Source: Candidatus Sericytochromatia bacterium (GTDB lineage: Bacteria; Cyanobacteriota; Sericytochromatia; S15B-MN24; UBA4093). Taken from it: a stretch of 64,000 nt of DNA. The notes under the pieces are model-generated. The model was not told the DNA's origin and ran no database searches. It saw only the letters and a list, made by a program, of their open reading frames with translations. Shown one piece after another: positions 37,827-47,623 of this stretch. Within the stretch, counting starts at the first letter, position 1. Each line of letters begins with the position of its first letter. The stretch spans positions 64,001 through 128,000 of the forward strand of contig JAKFBU010000030.1 in assembly GCA_036676985.1 (NCBI GenBank), in the 5' to 3' direction. A program made the position numbers and the translations under genes.

Positions 37827-38613
37827 GCGCCTGAGCCGCCTGGCACTCCTCGGCCTCGCGGGGCTCCTCATGGCCTGCAGCGACGACACGTTGATCACGG
37901 GTGACAACCGCGTGCCCAAGGCGACCCCCACTCCGAGCGCGGTACCGTCCACGGCGCCCAGCGCCTCCCCGTCGCCTACTCCTACCCCCAAGCCCACGCC
38001 CGTGCCCACCCTCGTCTCCCTGATGATCGTGCCCTCCGAGATCAGCCTCACGAGCAATCCGAGCGCTCCGCCGGCCAGCCGCGGCACCAACCTGGCGGCG
38101 ATCGCCGTCCTGAGCAACGACCAGCAGGTCTCGGCCGACGTCGTCTGGTCCGTCTTGCCCGCGGGGCTCGTCACGGTCAACGGCGCGGGCTACGTGAGCG
38201 CCATCGCGAACGTCCCAGGCGGCACGGCCACGGTGACGGCGAGCTCGGGCTCGATCAAGGCCACGGCCTCGGTGACGGTGACGGGCACGCCCCTGACCGT
38301 CAGCTCCATTTCCCTGTCGAGCAACGGGCTGACCCTCTACACGCCCGCCGCGGACGGCCTCAACACCGCAGGCCTGCCCACCAGCGCCCGGCTCATCGCA
38401 GAGGTCACCATGAGCGACGGCAGCACCACGAGCGCCGTCACCTGGTCGAGCGGCGACGAGGCGGTGGCCACCGTGAACGCCGCAGGGTTGGTGACGAGCG
38501 TCGGGGCGGGACAGACCAACCTCACGGCCAAGGCCGCCCTGGATCCGTCCCAGACCGTGAGCTGCCCGGTGACGGTCAAGGCCCAGGGGCTCGTCGACGT
38601 GACGGTGGAGTGA
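37810..38613 (+). CDS. Lipoprotein with two Ig-like (Big_2) domains
   Basis: Lipobox LMAC; VTWSSGDEAVATVNAAGLVTSVGAG; C-terminal GLVDVTVE. Confidence 0.82.
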   Translation: MSTSSKRLSRLALLGLAGLLMACSDDTLITGDNRVPKATPTPSAVPSTAPSASPSPTPTPKPTPVPTLVSLMIVPSEISLTSNPSAPPASRGTNLAAIAVLSNDQQVSADVVWSVLPAGLVTVNGAGYVSAIANVPGGTATVTASSGSIKATASVTVTGTPLTVSSISLSSNGLTLYTPAADGLNTAGLPTSARLIAEVTMSDGSTTSAVTWSSGDEAVATVNAAGLVTSVGAGQTNLTAKAALDPSQTVSCPVTVKAQGLVDVTVE

Positions 38614-38617
38614 GGCC

Positions 38618-39556
38618 ATGCGCAAGACGTTGATCGGAGTGGGACTCGTGCTGAGCGTCGCCGGCTGCCAGGCTCCGCTCCTGCCCTCCGTGTCCCCCGT
38701 CCACCAGCCCACGACGTCCGCGGGCGCCCCCGACGAGCAGGGCCGGGTCGCCGTGACGATCCAGTGGCCATACCGGACGCAAGTCATCCCCACGAGCACC
38801 GAAAAGCTGCGTCTGACGCTCGCCGGGCCCACGTCGCAAACGATCGACATCCTCCGTCCGGACGGCGGGGGGCCGACCAGCACGGCCTCCTTGACCCTCG
38901 ACGTGGGGACGGGCTACACCCTCGCGATCGACGCCCTGGCCAGGCAAAATCAGGGCGAGCTCGACCCGACGCTGCTCGTGGCCTCGGGCCAGAGCGATCC
39001 CTTCGAGGTCGCGGCCAACAAGGTCACGAGCGTGCGCGTGGCGCTCTCGCCGAGCTTCATGCCGGCCATTCTCGACTTCTCGCCGACCAACGGCGGTCCG
39101 GGGACGTACGTGACCGTCCAGGGCTTGAACTTCGGCAGGTCCCGCGACCTCACGCTCGGCTTCCGGTTCGGCGGCACCGTCGCCAGCATCGTGCACGCGA
39201 CCGACGACGGCACGGCCTCGGTGCTCGTCCCCGACCTGGCCACCTCGAGCCTGCTCTTCCCGGTGACGGACGGCGTGACGGGGCTGCCCAGCGGCTCGTT
39301 CACCGTCCTCTCCCAGCTCGGCATCCAGCCGGCCGCGAGCACCGTCGCCTCGGGCAGCACGTTCCTGTTCACCGCCCAGGCGACCTCGACCGAGGGCAGC
39401 GAGTTCGCGAGCCCGAGCGTCCAGTGGTATCTCAGCACGAGCTCGATCGGCGCCATCGACGCGAGCGGCACCTTCACGGCTTCCGGATCGGGTACCGGCG
39501 AGGTGGTGATCTACTCGGGTCGCCTCCTGGCCACGGCCTCGATCACGGTCCCTTAA
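38618..39556 (+). CDS. Lipoprotein: 'RTQ' N-domain plus IPT/TIG and Ig-like domains
   Basis: Lipobox VAGC; WPYRTQVIP; FSPTNGGPGTYVTVQGLNFG; IDASGTFTA. Confidence 0.8.
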   Translation: MRKTLIGVGLVLSVAGCQAPLLPSVSPVHQPTTSAGAPDEQGRVAVTIQWPYRTQVIPTSTEKLRLTLAGPTSQTIDILRPDGGGPTSTASLTLDVGTGYTLAIDALARQNQGELDPTLLVASGQSDPFEVAANKVTSVRVALSPSFMPAILDFSPTNGGPGTYVTVQGLNFGRSRDLTLGFRFGGTVASIVHATDDGTASVLVPDLATSSLLFPVTDGVTGLPSGSFTVLSQLGIQPAASTVASGSTFLFTAQATSTEGSEFASPSVQWYLSTSSIGAIDASGTFTASGSGTGEVVIYSGRLLATASITVP

Positions 39557-39567
39557 GGGAGGCGCCC

Positions 39568-41463
39568 ATGCGACGGTTCGTAACAGGTTTGCTCACCCTC
39601 CTGGCGCTCTGTGGCTGCCAGACGCTCGTTCCAGCACGTCCAGCGGGCCCGCAGGGCGTCGAGTCGCAGGCGGTCCAGTCGGCGAGCCTCAACATCCGCC
39701 TCTCCCTGCCGCGCGAGACCCAGGCCTTGCCTACCAACACCCAGTCGATCAAGGTCCTCCTGCGCAAGACCGGGCTCACCGATCGCACGGCCACGGTCAA
39801 CACCGGCACCGCCACCACCGTCACCTTCTCAGCCCTGCCACCCGGTAGCGGCTACACCCTCTACGCCGCGAGCTACTCCGGCCTGAACGCCACGGGCACC
39901 ATGCTGAGCTGGGGTACCCTGCCCCTGACTTTGGCCTCGGGCCTCAACACGGCCTCCTTCGGGCTCTCGGTGGCCGTGCGCTCAGGCACGGGCGTCGACG
40001 ACCTGGTGGCGGGCCCCGCGGGAAACCAGGCCCAGCAGTTCGGCACCCAGCGGCTCTTCACCTCCATGAACGACTTCAACGCGCCGGGGGCCGCCGCGAG
40101 CGGCATCGAGGTCTTCTTTCCGAACCAGAACGCCTTCCTGGCCAAGTTCGGGTCCCTCGGGGCAGCAAACGGGCAGTTCTCCAACAGCATCCAGAACCTC
40201 GCCATCGACAGCCGCGACCGGATCTGGGTGACGGATCTCGGCCACAGCCGCGTCTGCCAGTTCGACGCCAACGGTAACTTCCTGCGCGGCATCGGCGGAG
40301 GCGTCACCTGGACCTCCGCCCAGGCGCCGCCCGCGACGGGCTCCAACGCCACCAACCTGGGCCTCAACGCCCCCTTCGGCGTGGCGGTGGACGTCAACGA
40401 CAACCTCTACGTGGCCGACAGCGCCAACCGCCGGGTCATGAAGTACGACCCGAACGGCAACTTCCTGATGGGCATCGGCAACGGCACGGTATGGTACGCG
40501 GGCACGACCGCCCCGGCACCCGTGAGCGGCAACGCCAACGGCTACTTCGCCAACAGCTACGGCATCGACGTGGGGCCGGACGGCGTCATCTACGTCTGCG
40601 ACAGCAACAACCATCGGGTCCAGGTCTTCAGTCCGTCGGGAGCCTTCATTCGCGGCATGGGCAACGGCACGACCTGGACGGGGGCGGCGCCTGCACCCAT
40701 CGCGAGCGACAGCGCCCGGTACTTCACGACCTCGTGGCACCCCAAGCTCGACGCCAACGGCTTGCTCTACGTTACGGACAACACGAGCCGTGTCCAGGTC
40801 TTCGACGGCAACGGCAACTACCTCCGGACCTTCTCGGCCGTCGCTCCGGACAAGCCGACCGCCGCCGCGGGCTTCCTGGGCATCAGCCCCACGGGCCTGC
40901 TGTACGTCGTCAACCACGGCAGCCAGCCCTACTTCACCCAGATCTTCACGCCGCAGGGCGTCGTGCTCTCCCGTTACGGCACCTATGGCACGGGCGACGG
41001 GCAGGTCAACCGCCCCGAGGCCATCGAGTGGGCCTCCGACGGCACCTTCTACCAGACGGACCGCAGCAACATGCGGGTGCTGCGCTATCGCGGCATCCAG
41101 CCGAACGCCGTCACCGGCGGCCTCCGGCTCACGGGCCACCGCCAGCCGGATACGCCCGCGTTCTCGAACTCGGGCACCTATGACACCCCCGGCATCGACG
41201 CCGGGGCCAGCACCACGTGGGGCTCGCTCTTCTGGAACGTCGCCTCGCAGCCGACCAACACGGGCGTGGCGACGGCCGTCGCCACCTCGAGCAACGGCCT
41301 CGACTGGGGCTCCTGGACCGCGGTGGCGGGCTCGTCGGCGGTGGGCAACAACTCGGCGAACCTGACGGGCATCAGCGGTCGCTTCCTCAAGGTCCGCGTG
41401 ACGCTCTTGACCACCGACACCTCGGTCAGCCCCGAGGTGCAGGACGTGGGGGTGACCTACTGA
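39568..41463 (+). CDS. Lipoprotein with NHL-repeat beta-propeller and split C-terminal jelly-roll-like domain
   Basis: GGGAGG SD; lipobox LCGC; LPRETQALP; NHL repeats (P.GVAVD..NLYVADSANRRV.KYD). Confidence 0.85.
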   Translation: MRRFVTGLLTLLALCGCQTLVPARPAGPQGVESQAVQSASLNIRLSLPRETQALPTNTQSIKVLLRKTGLTDRTATVNTGTATTVTFSALPPGSGYTLYAASYSGLNATGTMLSWGTLPLTLASGLNTASFGLSVAVRSGTGVDDLVAGPAGNQAQQFGTQRLFTSMNDFNAPGAAASGIEVFFPNQNAFLAKFGSLGAANGQFSNSIQNLAIDSRDRIWVTDLGHSRVCQFDANGNFLRGIGGGVTWTSAQAPPATGSNATNLGLNAPFGVAVDVNDNLYVADSANRRVMKYDPNGNFLMGIGNGTVWYAGTTAPAPVSGNANGYFANSYGIDVGPDGVIYVCDSNNHRVQVFSPSGAFIRGMGNGTTWTGAAPAPIASDSARYFTTSWHPKLDANGLLYVTDNTSRVQVFDGNGNYLRTFSAVAPDKPTAAAGFLGISPTGLLYVVNHGSQPYFTQIFTPQGVVLSRYGTYGTGDGQVNRPEAIEWASDGTFYQTDRSNMRVLRYRGIQPNAVTGGLRLTGHRQPDTPAFSNSGTYDTPGIDAGASTTWGSLFWNVASQPTNTGVATAVATSSNGLDWGSWTAVAGSSAVGNNSANLTGISGRFLKVRVTLLTTDTSVSPEVQDVGVTY

Positions 41464-44400
41464 TGAGCCCAATCAATCGCCCGAAGGGCATACCAAATAG
41501 GCTCTCCGGCGCGGAACGCGCGATGCGCCGCCTTCATCGCCATCTCACAGGTGCCCTCATTGCCGCCCTCGCCTTGACGGGTTGCCACCCGAGCATGCGC
41601 CCGCCGGCCCTCGTCGCGCCCGTCCAGGCGCCCACCGCGAGCCACGAGGCCACGGCGCTCTGGGGTCAGGTCGTCGCGGGCTACTCGACCCAGGCTACCG
41701 CCGCCCAGCTCGTCAGCTACGCGACGGTCACGCTGCTCGACGGCAGCAACCAGGTCGTCGCCACGGGCCTCACGGACGGGTCGGGGGCGTTCAGCCTCAA
41801 CCCCTTCGTGAGCTGGACGCCCACCACCAACGCCGTCTACGTCCTGGACGCCCTCAAGACCTTCGACAAGACCAACGACCGTGCGGGGCTGCGCTTCCGG
41901 ACGCTCGTGAGCTGGGACGGGAGCCAGTGGCGATCGATCTCCGGCACCACCGCCGCGGCCGCTGGCGGTGCGGGCATCCGGCTCAGCGCCCAGACCACGG
42001 CGATCGCCTCCATCTCGAGCCTGCGCGCCATCGCGGCAAGCTCCCTCCTGGGCACCCTCGATCCCGTCACCGGGGCCTTCACCGAGACGGGCGGCATCAC
42101 GTCGGCCGTGCTCTCCACGGTCACGGGCCTGGTCAACCAGGCCCTGGGCGCGAACCTGGATCCGGTGGGCCACCTCGCCTACTCGTCCGCCGATGGCAGC
42201 TATCGCCTCACGCTGAACGGCGGCTCGGGCCGCGTGCTCTTCGACATGGAAGACGCGATGGGCAACTCCCTGAACAACCGTACGGTGGTGAAGGGGCATG
42301 ACGGCGGAGCCGCCTACGGCTTCGGCAGCACCGCGGGGCTCTACCTGTCGCAGTTCGGCGCGAGCGGCTCAATCGCAAGCACGCTGAACCACCCCATGGG
42401 CCTCGACGTCGACCGCTTCGGCAACGTCTACGTGGCCGAGCACGACAACCACCGCATCTCGAAGTTCGCGCCCGACGGCCGTGTCCTCTGGACGCTCGGC
42501 GCCAGCGGCTCGTTGGCGGGAAAGTTCCAGTACCCCACCGACGTGAGCGTCGATCAGAACGGCAACCTGCTCGTCACCGACTACCTGAACCACCGGGTAC
42601 AGAAGTTCGACGCCTTCGGGAACCTGCTCTTCGGCATCGGGGGCGGCGCCCGCTGGACGGGCACGGCGCCCGCCTGGAGCACCGTCATCAACTCCGGGCA
42701 CAACTTCTTCTACAACCCGCACTACGCCAAGTTCGACTCGGCCGGCAGCTTCTGGGTCGGCGACACGCTGCACCACCGCATGCTCAAGTACGATCCCAAC
42801 GGCAACTTCGTGATGGGTATCGGGGCGGGCACCAAGTGGACCACGACCTACCAGCCCAACAGCCTCCGCGGCAACACCGCGGCCAACTACACGGGAAGCT
42901 TCCTGTGGGGCAACCAAGCCCTGGTCCGCGAGACCGACGCCATCGCGACCGACGGCAACTACTTCTACGTCCACGATGGTCATGCCACCAACGGGGGCTT
43001 CTACAAGATCGATCTCTCGGGCGGCCAGGTGGCGGGCCCGGGACCGACGCCCTACCTCGGCAGCGTCCGGGGCTCTCTGGCCGCCGTGAACAAGCGCCTG
43101 TACTACCGGGGCTCGGGCACCGGAGCGAACAAGATCATCGTCCTGGATCCCGCCACCATGGGCGAGATCGGCTACATGCTCCAGAACGGCACGGGAACCA
43201 TCGCGAGCGCGAACAACGACGCGCACCCCTGGGGCACGACCTTCGGCTGGATGAACTACGGCCTCACCACTGACGGCCGCTACCTCTACATCCCCGAGGA
43301 CACGGGCCCCGGCACCACGTTCCTGATCCGGGTCTACGATCCGTTCAACAACATGGCCTGGGTCCGCGACATCTCCTGTCCGGTGCCCGCGGGCACCATG
43401 AACTTCGATCACCACGGCTACTACACCAACGGCGAGTACTTCGTCGTCTGCGGCTACATCGAGCCCACCCTGTCCCTGCCGCGCAACTACCGGTTCCGCC
43501 TCTCGGACGGGGTGTACCTGGGCACCGAGGACGGCTACGATCCCTTCACCGCCAACTTGGTGGGCGCCTGCTACGACTACGTCCGTCAGCGCGTCCTGCG
43601 CCAGGAGCACTCCAGCGGTCGGTTCGCGGCTTACTCCAACGAGTGGAGCGGCAATGCCAACGGCTGGTTCAACACGCTCACCGGCTTCGCCGTCTCCCCC
43701 AACGGGGACCTCTACGTGTGCGATCGCGCCAACCACCGGATCCAGCGGTTCGACCCGAACGGCAACTACGTCTCGCAGTGGGGCACGCAGGGGACGGGCA
43801 GCGGCCAGTTCGATCAGCCGGAGGACGCCGTCATCGACAACGCGGGCAACGTGTGGGTCAGCGACGGCTGGGGAGCCAACCACCGGGTCCAGAAGTTCGA
43901 TCGAGCGGGAACCTACATGAGGCAGCTCGGGGCCCTGGGCACCGGCAACGGCCAGTTCGACCGCCCGCGCGGGCTCGCCTTCGCGCCGGACGGCACGCTG
44001 GTGGTCGCGGACTGGATGAACAACCGCGTGCAGCGCTTCCTGCCCACCACGTCCCAGCTGACCTCCCCGGCGTACGGGAACTTCAACGCCGCCCGCGGGA
44101 CCCTTTCCTTCTGGTTCAAGCCCAAGTGGAACGGCTCGGAGACCGCCACGCGAGTCTTCTTCCGGGAGACCGGCGGGAATGCCAACAACATCGGCTTCCA
44201 CAAGATCGGAACCCAGTTCTACCTCTACATGATCGACAACCTGGCAGACAACTCGCGCGCCGTGCGCGTCGGCATGGGCCCCTCGGACGTGGCGCAGATC
44301 AAGGCCGGCGAGTGGCATCATATCGCCGCCACCTGGGACACGGCGGCCGGTCAGTACCGCTTCTTCTTCAACGGCCGCGAGTACCGGAGCTATTCCACCA

Positions 44401-44567
44401 ACCTGGGGCTCGTGCTGAACATGGGACCGAGCGGAACGTTCTACGTCGGCAGCGAGCCGGACGGCACCTCGATGGTGGACTCGGCCCTCGACGACTTCCG
44501 GATCCACGACTACCCCAAGAGCGCCGAGGAGATCCTCCGGGACTACCGCGGCCTGGTGCAGGAGTAG
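41463..44567 (+). CDS. Large lipoprotein: 'YxTQA' N-domain, NHL repeats, inserted propeller, LamG-like domain
   Basis: Lipobox LTGC (start 41463 or 41523); YSTQA; NHL repeats; GTLSFWFKP..WHHIAATWD..LDDFRI. Confidence 0.85.
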   Translation: MSPINRPKGIPNRLSGAERAMRRLHRHLTGALIAALALTGCHPSMRPPALVAPVQAPTASHEATALWGQVVAGYSTQATAAQLVSYATVTLLDGSNQVVATGLTDGSGAFSLNPFVSWTPTTNAVYVLDALKTFDKTNDRAGLRFRTLVSWDGSQWRSISGTTAAAAGGAGIRLSAQTTAIASISSLRAIAASSLLGTLDPVTGAFTETGGITSAVLSTVTGLVNQALGANLDPVGHLAYSSADGSYRLTLNGGSGRVLFDMEDAMGNSLNNRTVVKGHDGGAAYGFGSTAGLYLSQFGASGSIASTLNHPMGLDVDRFGNVYVAEHDNHRISKFAPDGRVLWTLGASGSLAGKFQYPTDVSVDQNGNLLVTDYLNHRVQKFDAFGNLLFGIGGGARWTGTAPAWSTVINSGHNFFYNPHYAKFDSAGSFWVGDTLHHRMLKYDPNGNFVMGIGAGTKWTTTYQPNSLRGNTAANYTGSFLWGNQALVRETDAIATDGNYFYVHDGHATNGGFYKIDLSGGQVAGPGPTPYLGSVRGSLAAVNKRLYYRGSGTGANKIIVLDPATMGEIGYMLQNGTGTIASANNDAHPWGTTFGWMNYGLTTDGRYLYIPEDTGPGTTFLIRVYDPFNNMAWVRDISCPVPAGTMNFDHHGYYTNGEYFVVCGYIEPTLSLPRNYRFRLSDGVYLGTEDGYDPFTANLVGACYDYVRQRVLRQEHSSGRFAAYSNEWSGNANGWFNTLTGFAVSPNGDLYVCDRANHRIQRFDPNGNYVSQWGTQGTGSGQFDQPEDAVIDNAGNVWVSDGWGANHRVQKFDRAGTYMRQLGALGTGNGQFDRPRGLAFAPDGTLVVADWMNNRVQRFLPTTSQLTSPAYGNFNAARGTLSFWFKPKWNGSETATRVFFRETGGNANNIGFHKIGTQFYLYMIDNLADNSRAVRVGMGPSDVAQIKAGEWHHIAATWDTAAGQYRFFFNGREYRSYSTNLGLVLNMGPSGTFYVGSEPDGTSMVDSALDDFRIHDYPKSAEEILRDYRGLVQE

Positions 44568-44571
44568 GCCC

Positions 44572-46866
44572 ATGGAACGCTTGAGACTACTGCTCGCCTT
44601 TTGCGCGGCGCTCCTGCTCATCGCCTGCAAGCCTCCGGCCCAGGTGACGCCCCCGCCGGTCGTCGTGTCGGCGTCCGAGTTGCAAGGCCAGCTGATATTG
44701 CCCGAGGGCTACCAGACGCAGGCCAATGCCTCGCAGGTTCGCGCGAACGCCACCGTCACGCTGATCGATCCCGCGACCTTCCAGGCCAAGGGCACGGGCA
44801 TCACCGCGAGCGACGGGACCTTCACCGTCCGGGCGCTCCCGACCTTCACCCCGGCCGTCGGGGGACTCTACCTCCTGGAGTCGAACAAGACCCTCGGCGG
44901 AGCGGGCAACGCCGCGTTCCGCCTGCGCACGCTGGTGCAGTTCACGACATCGGGCTGGACCTCCGTCTCGGGAGCGGCCGTCCAGCTCTCCACGGCCACC
45001 ACGGCGGTCGCCCTGCTATGGGACCATCATGGGCTTGCAGCGGCGAACGTCCTCTCCAAGGTGACCTACGAGGCCGTCACGCGCACGCATCGCTTCAGTG
45101 CCCTCACGACCACCCTGACCGAGGAGAAGCTGCGCGAGGTGGAGGCCCTCGTCAACGAGGCGCTCCTGCTCAACGTCGACCCGATTCACGTCATGCGCCC
45201 CGGATCCGACGGGAAATTCGGCCTTTCCTTGAGCGATCGCCCCCGCAACCAGCTCGTCAACGGCAGCTTCGAGGAGGGCGGCACGGGCCTGGCTTACTGG
45301 AAGCTCAACAACCCCGGAATTGCCTCCTGGTCGGCCGAGACGGGCGTGGTCTTCGAGGGCAAGCGCTCCATCAAGCTGACGGTCAACGCGGCGGGGGACA
45401 CCTGGTTCGGCCAGGGCTGGAACGACTCGACCGACACCTTCGGGATCCAGCTCGCCACGGGGACGGCCTACACCTTCTCGGTCTATGCCCGGGGGGCCGT
45501 GGGGGGCGAGAAGCTCGCCCTCTGCCTGAACTACCAGAAGCCCTTCTTCGAGGTCACGAGCCCGACCTTCATCCTCTCCACCAGCTGGCAGCGCTACTCC
45601 TGGACCCTGGTTGCCGCCAACACCACCGACCGCGCCTTCTTCATGCTCCGCAACGGCAGCGGCATCGGCCAGGCGACCTTCCCGTCCAGCGTCTACGTGG
45701 ATGCCGTGCAGCTCGAGACGGGCGGGGCCGCGACCGACTACGGCGGGTCGGGCAGCCTCTTGCAGGAGGGCTTCGCCAACTCCCTCGAGAGCACGGGCGT
45801 CACGTTCGCCCAGGGGCGCTCGGGCCGAGCGGTGATGGTCGACAACTGGCTCAACGTCATTCCCTCCAACTCGAGCTTCGAGACCGACTCGAACGCCGAC
45901 GGCATCCCGGACGGGATGACGCTCATCAGCTCCGGCGCCACCTATTCGTTGGACCCCGAGGCCCTGTTCGACACCCGGTCCCTCAAGATCGAGAAGAGCA
46001 CCGCCACCGGCACGTTCGTCGGGTACCCCCTGACGCATACCTTCAAGCCAGGCAAGACCTATACCTTCTCGGTGTGGGTCAAGGGGCAGAACGTGCAGGG
46101 CCCCCAGAACGCGTCCGACTTCGCCCTCTACGTCGATGCCCTGCCCGTCACGGGGGGCTACGAAGTTTTCAGTACCGCGATGCCCGTCGGCACGTTCGAC
46201 TGGACGCGCGTCACCGCCACGCACACCTTCAGCAAGGAGTGCGGTGCGGCGAACGTCTACCCCATCTTCCGCAACAAGACGGGCACGGTGTGGTTCGACG
46301 GCCTGCAGGTCGAGGAGAATGGCCAGGCCTCTCCCTACGCGGGTAACTTCGGCGCCGATCGCCTCTCCTTCGACGCCGCTCACTACAGCCCCTATCAGGG
46401 CACGATCTCGTTCTGGTACAAGCCCACCTACAACTGGGCGAGCGACAAGGACCTGGGCGATATCTTCGGATTGGTGAACGCCTCGGGCAACGAGCTGCTG
46501 CTCGTCAGGAAGTCCAGCAACCAGGACGGAACCAACCGGCTGACGCTCGGGAGCTGGGATGGCACGACCTCTCAAGGCAATGAGTGGCGGCCGAGCGGCA
46601 CGCCCTGGGTGGCGGGCACCTGGCACCACCTGGCCCTCACCTGGGGGAATCGCGGCGTGGAGTTCTTCCTGGACGGCGAACAGGTGAGTCAGATCCCGTA
46701 CTTTGGGCCCATCAACGCGGGCAGCCCGTTCAGCCGCCTCTGTTTTGCCGGTAACAACCTCGGCGCGAACTACCTCGGCGGCACCAACGGCCTCCTGGAC
46801 GGCCTGAAGGTCTGGGACCTCCAGAAGTCGCCCGAGGCCGTGCGGCGCGAGTACCTGGGGTTCTAG
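44572..46866 (+). CDS. Lipoprotein: 'YxTQA' N-domain, two CBM4/9-like modules, LamG-like domain
   Basis: Lipobox LIAC; YQTQA; NGSFE..YTFSVYAR..YVDAVQLE; NSSFE..WFDGLQVE; GTISFWYKP..WHHLALTW. Confidence 0.85.
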   Translation: MERLRLLLAFCAALLLIACKPPAQVTPPPVVVSASELQGQLILPEGYQTQANASQVRANATVTLIDPATFQAKGTGITASDGTFTVRALPTFTPAVGGLYLLESNKTLGGAGNAAFRLRTLVQFTTSGWTSVSGAAVQLSTATTAVALLWDHHGLAAANVLSKVTYEAVTRTHRFSALTTTLTEEKLREVEALVNEALLLNVDPIHVMRPGSDGKFGLSLSDRPRNQLVNGSFEEGGTGLAYWKLNNPGIASWSAETGVVFEGKRSIKLTVNAAGDTWFGQGWNDSTDTFGIQLATGTAYTFSVYARGAVGGEKLALCLNYQKPFFEVTSPTFILSTSWQRYSWTLVAANTTDRAFFMLRNGSGIGQATFPSSVYVDAVQLETGGAATDYGGSGSLLQEGFANSLESTGVTFAQGRSGRAVMVDNWLNVIPSNSSFETDSNADGIPDGMTLISSGATYSLDPEALFDTRSLKIEKSTATGTFVGYPLTHTFKPGKTYTFSVWVKGQNVQGPQNASDFALYVDALPVTGGYEVFSTAMPVGTFDWTRVTATHTFSKECGAANVYPIFRNKTGTVWFDGLQVEENGQASPYAGNFGADRLSFDAAHYSPYQGTISFWYKPTYNWASDKDLGDIFGLVNASGNELLLVRKSSNQDGTNRLTLGSWDGTTSQGNEWRPSGTPWVAGTWHHLALTWGNRGVEFFLDGEQVSQIPYFGPINAGSPFSRLCFAGNNLGANYLGGTNGLLDGLKVWDLQKSPEAVRREYLGF

Positions 46867-46890
46867 GCGCCGACCTCCCGGATCGCAGAC

Positions 46891-46920
46891 CCTGGCCCCC
46901 GGCTTTCGCCGGGGTGACGG
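46891..46920. repeat. REP-like hairpin (GTCACCCCGGCGAAAGCCGGGG on minus strand)
   Basis: Resembles GTCA-ccc-gCGAAAGC-ggg intergenic REP families; single copy in window. Confidence 0.4.
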
Positions 46921-46965
46921 CATGCCTAAGCCAGGAAAGCAGATTCCAGGTACGGGACAAAAGGA

Positions 46966-46994
46966 AAAGGCCCGCCTCCAAAGGGAGGCGGGCT
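46966..46994 (-). terminator. Intrinsic terminator
   Basis: GCCCGCCTCC..GGAGGCGGGC hairpin followed by T-run on minus strand. Confidence 0.65.
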
Positions 46995-47000
46995 GCTTGC

Positions 47001-47453
47001 TTACTGGTAGAGCTTGCCGTTGAGCTTCACGTAGCCGCCCTCGCCGCCCTTGGGGTCGTGGTGCGTCCAGTGGATGACGTCGTAGGGCTGCTCCTCGATG
47101 AACACGCCCTTGACCTCCACCTGGTCCCCCACCTTGAGGGGAATGTACGGCGCCAGGTCGATGTTGTGCGCGCACTGGACGACATTGGTCTGGCCGTTGG
47201 CGCTCCTGGTCTCGAAGCGGAAGAGCTGGTGCTTGAGGCCCTGCATGTCGTCCGGCAACAGGATCGTGACCGTGCCCTTCAGCGTCTTGAAGGTGCGCGC
47301 CTGGAGCGGCTTGGCGAGCGCGTCCAGGTTCGCGACGACGGTCGATGTGCTGCTCAGCGAGCGGCCGGCGGGCGACCCGCCGCAACCGGCGAGCAGCGAG
47401 AGGGCAACAGCACCTGCAACCAGGGCCACAACGGGGTTTCGGTGAAGACTCAT
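47001..47453 (-). CDS. DUF3465 (OB-fold) lipoprotein
   Basis: Lipobox LAGC; LLPDD.QG.KHQ.F, AHNIDLAP, VIHWTHHDP..EGG. Confidence 0.85.
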   Translation of the reverse strand: MSLHRNPVVALVAGAVALSLLAGCGGSPAGRSLSSTSTVVANLDALAKPLQARTFKTLKGTVTILLPDDMQGLKHQLFRFETRSANGQTNVVQCAHNIDLAPYIPLKVGDQVEVKGVFIEEQPYDVIHWTHHDPKGGEGGYVKLNGKLYQ

Positions 47454-47623
47454 GACGTCCTTTCTGAGGCTTACTCGGTTATCCCACGATCGATTCAATT
47501 GTTGGGGTTGTTTCAAAACCATCTAAAGGCCAGGTTAACAACCTGACCTCAGCATACCGAGTGAGCGACCTGGAAGCAAGTCGTCAGGCCGCTCATAGCA
47601 TTAAAGAAGCATTAAAGAGGTGT

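Noticed and set aside
40140-44040. NHL/LamG genes as targets of a diversity-generating retroelement or as phage tail genes
   Set aside because: No reverse transcriptase, no template/variable repeat pair with adenine-specific differences, and no phage structural genes; repeats are diverged protein-level repeats.
42369-47385. Very long antisense ORFs (e.g. 42369-44630, 45016-47385; likewise 32048-34033, 10886-12562)
   Set aside because: Typical stop-poor shadow frames of high-GC genes; the opposite strand carries recognisable domains.
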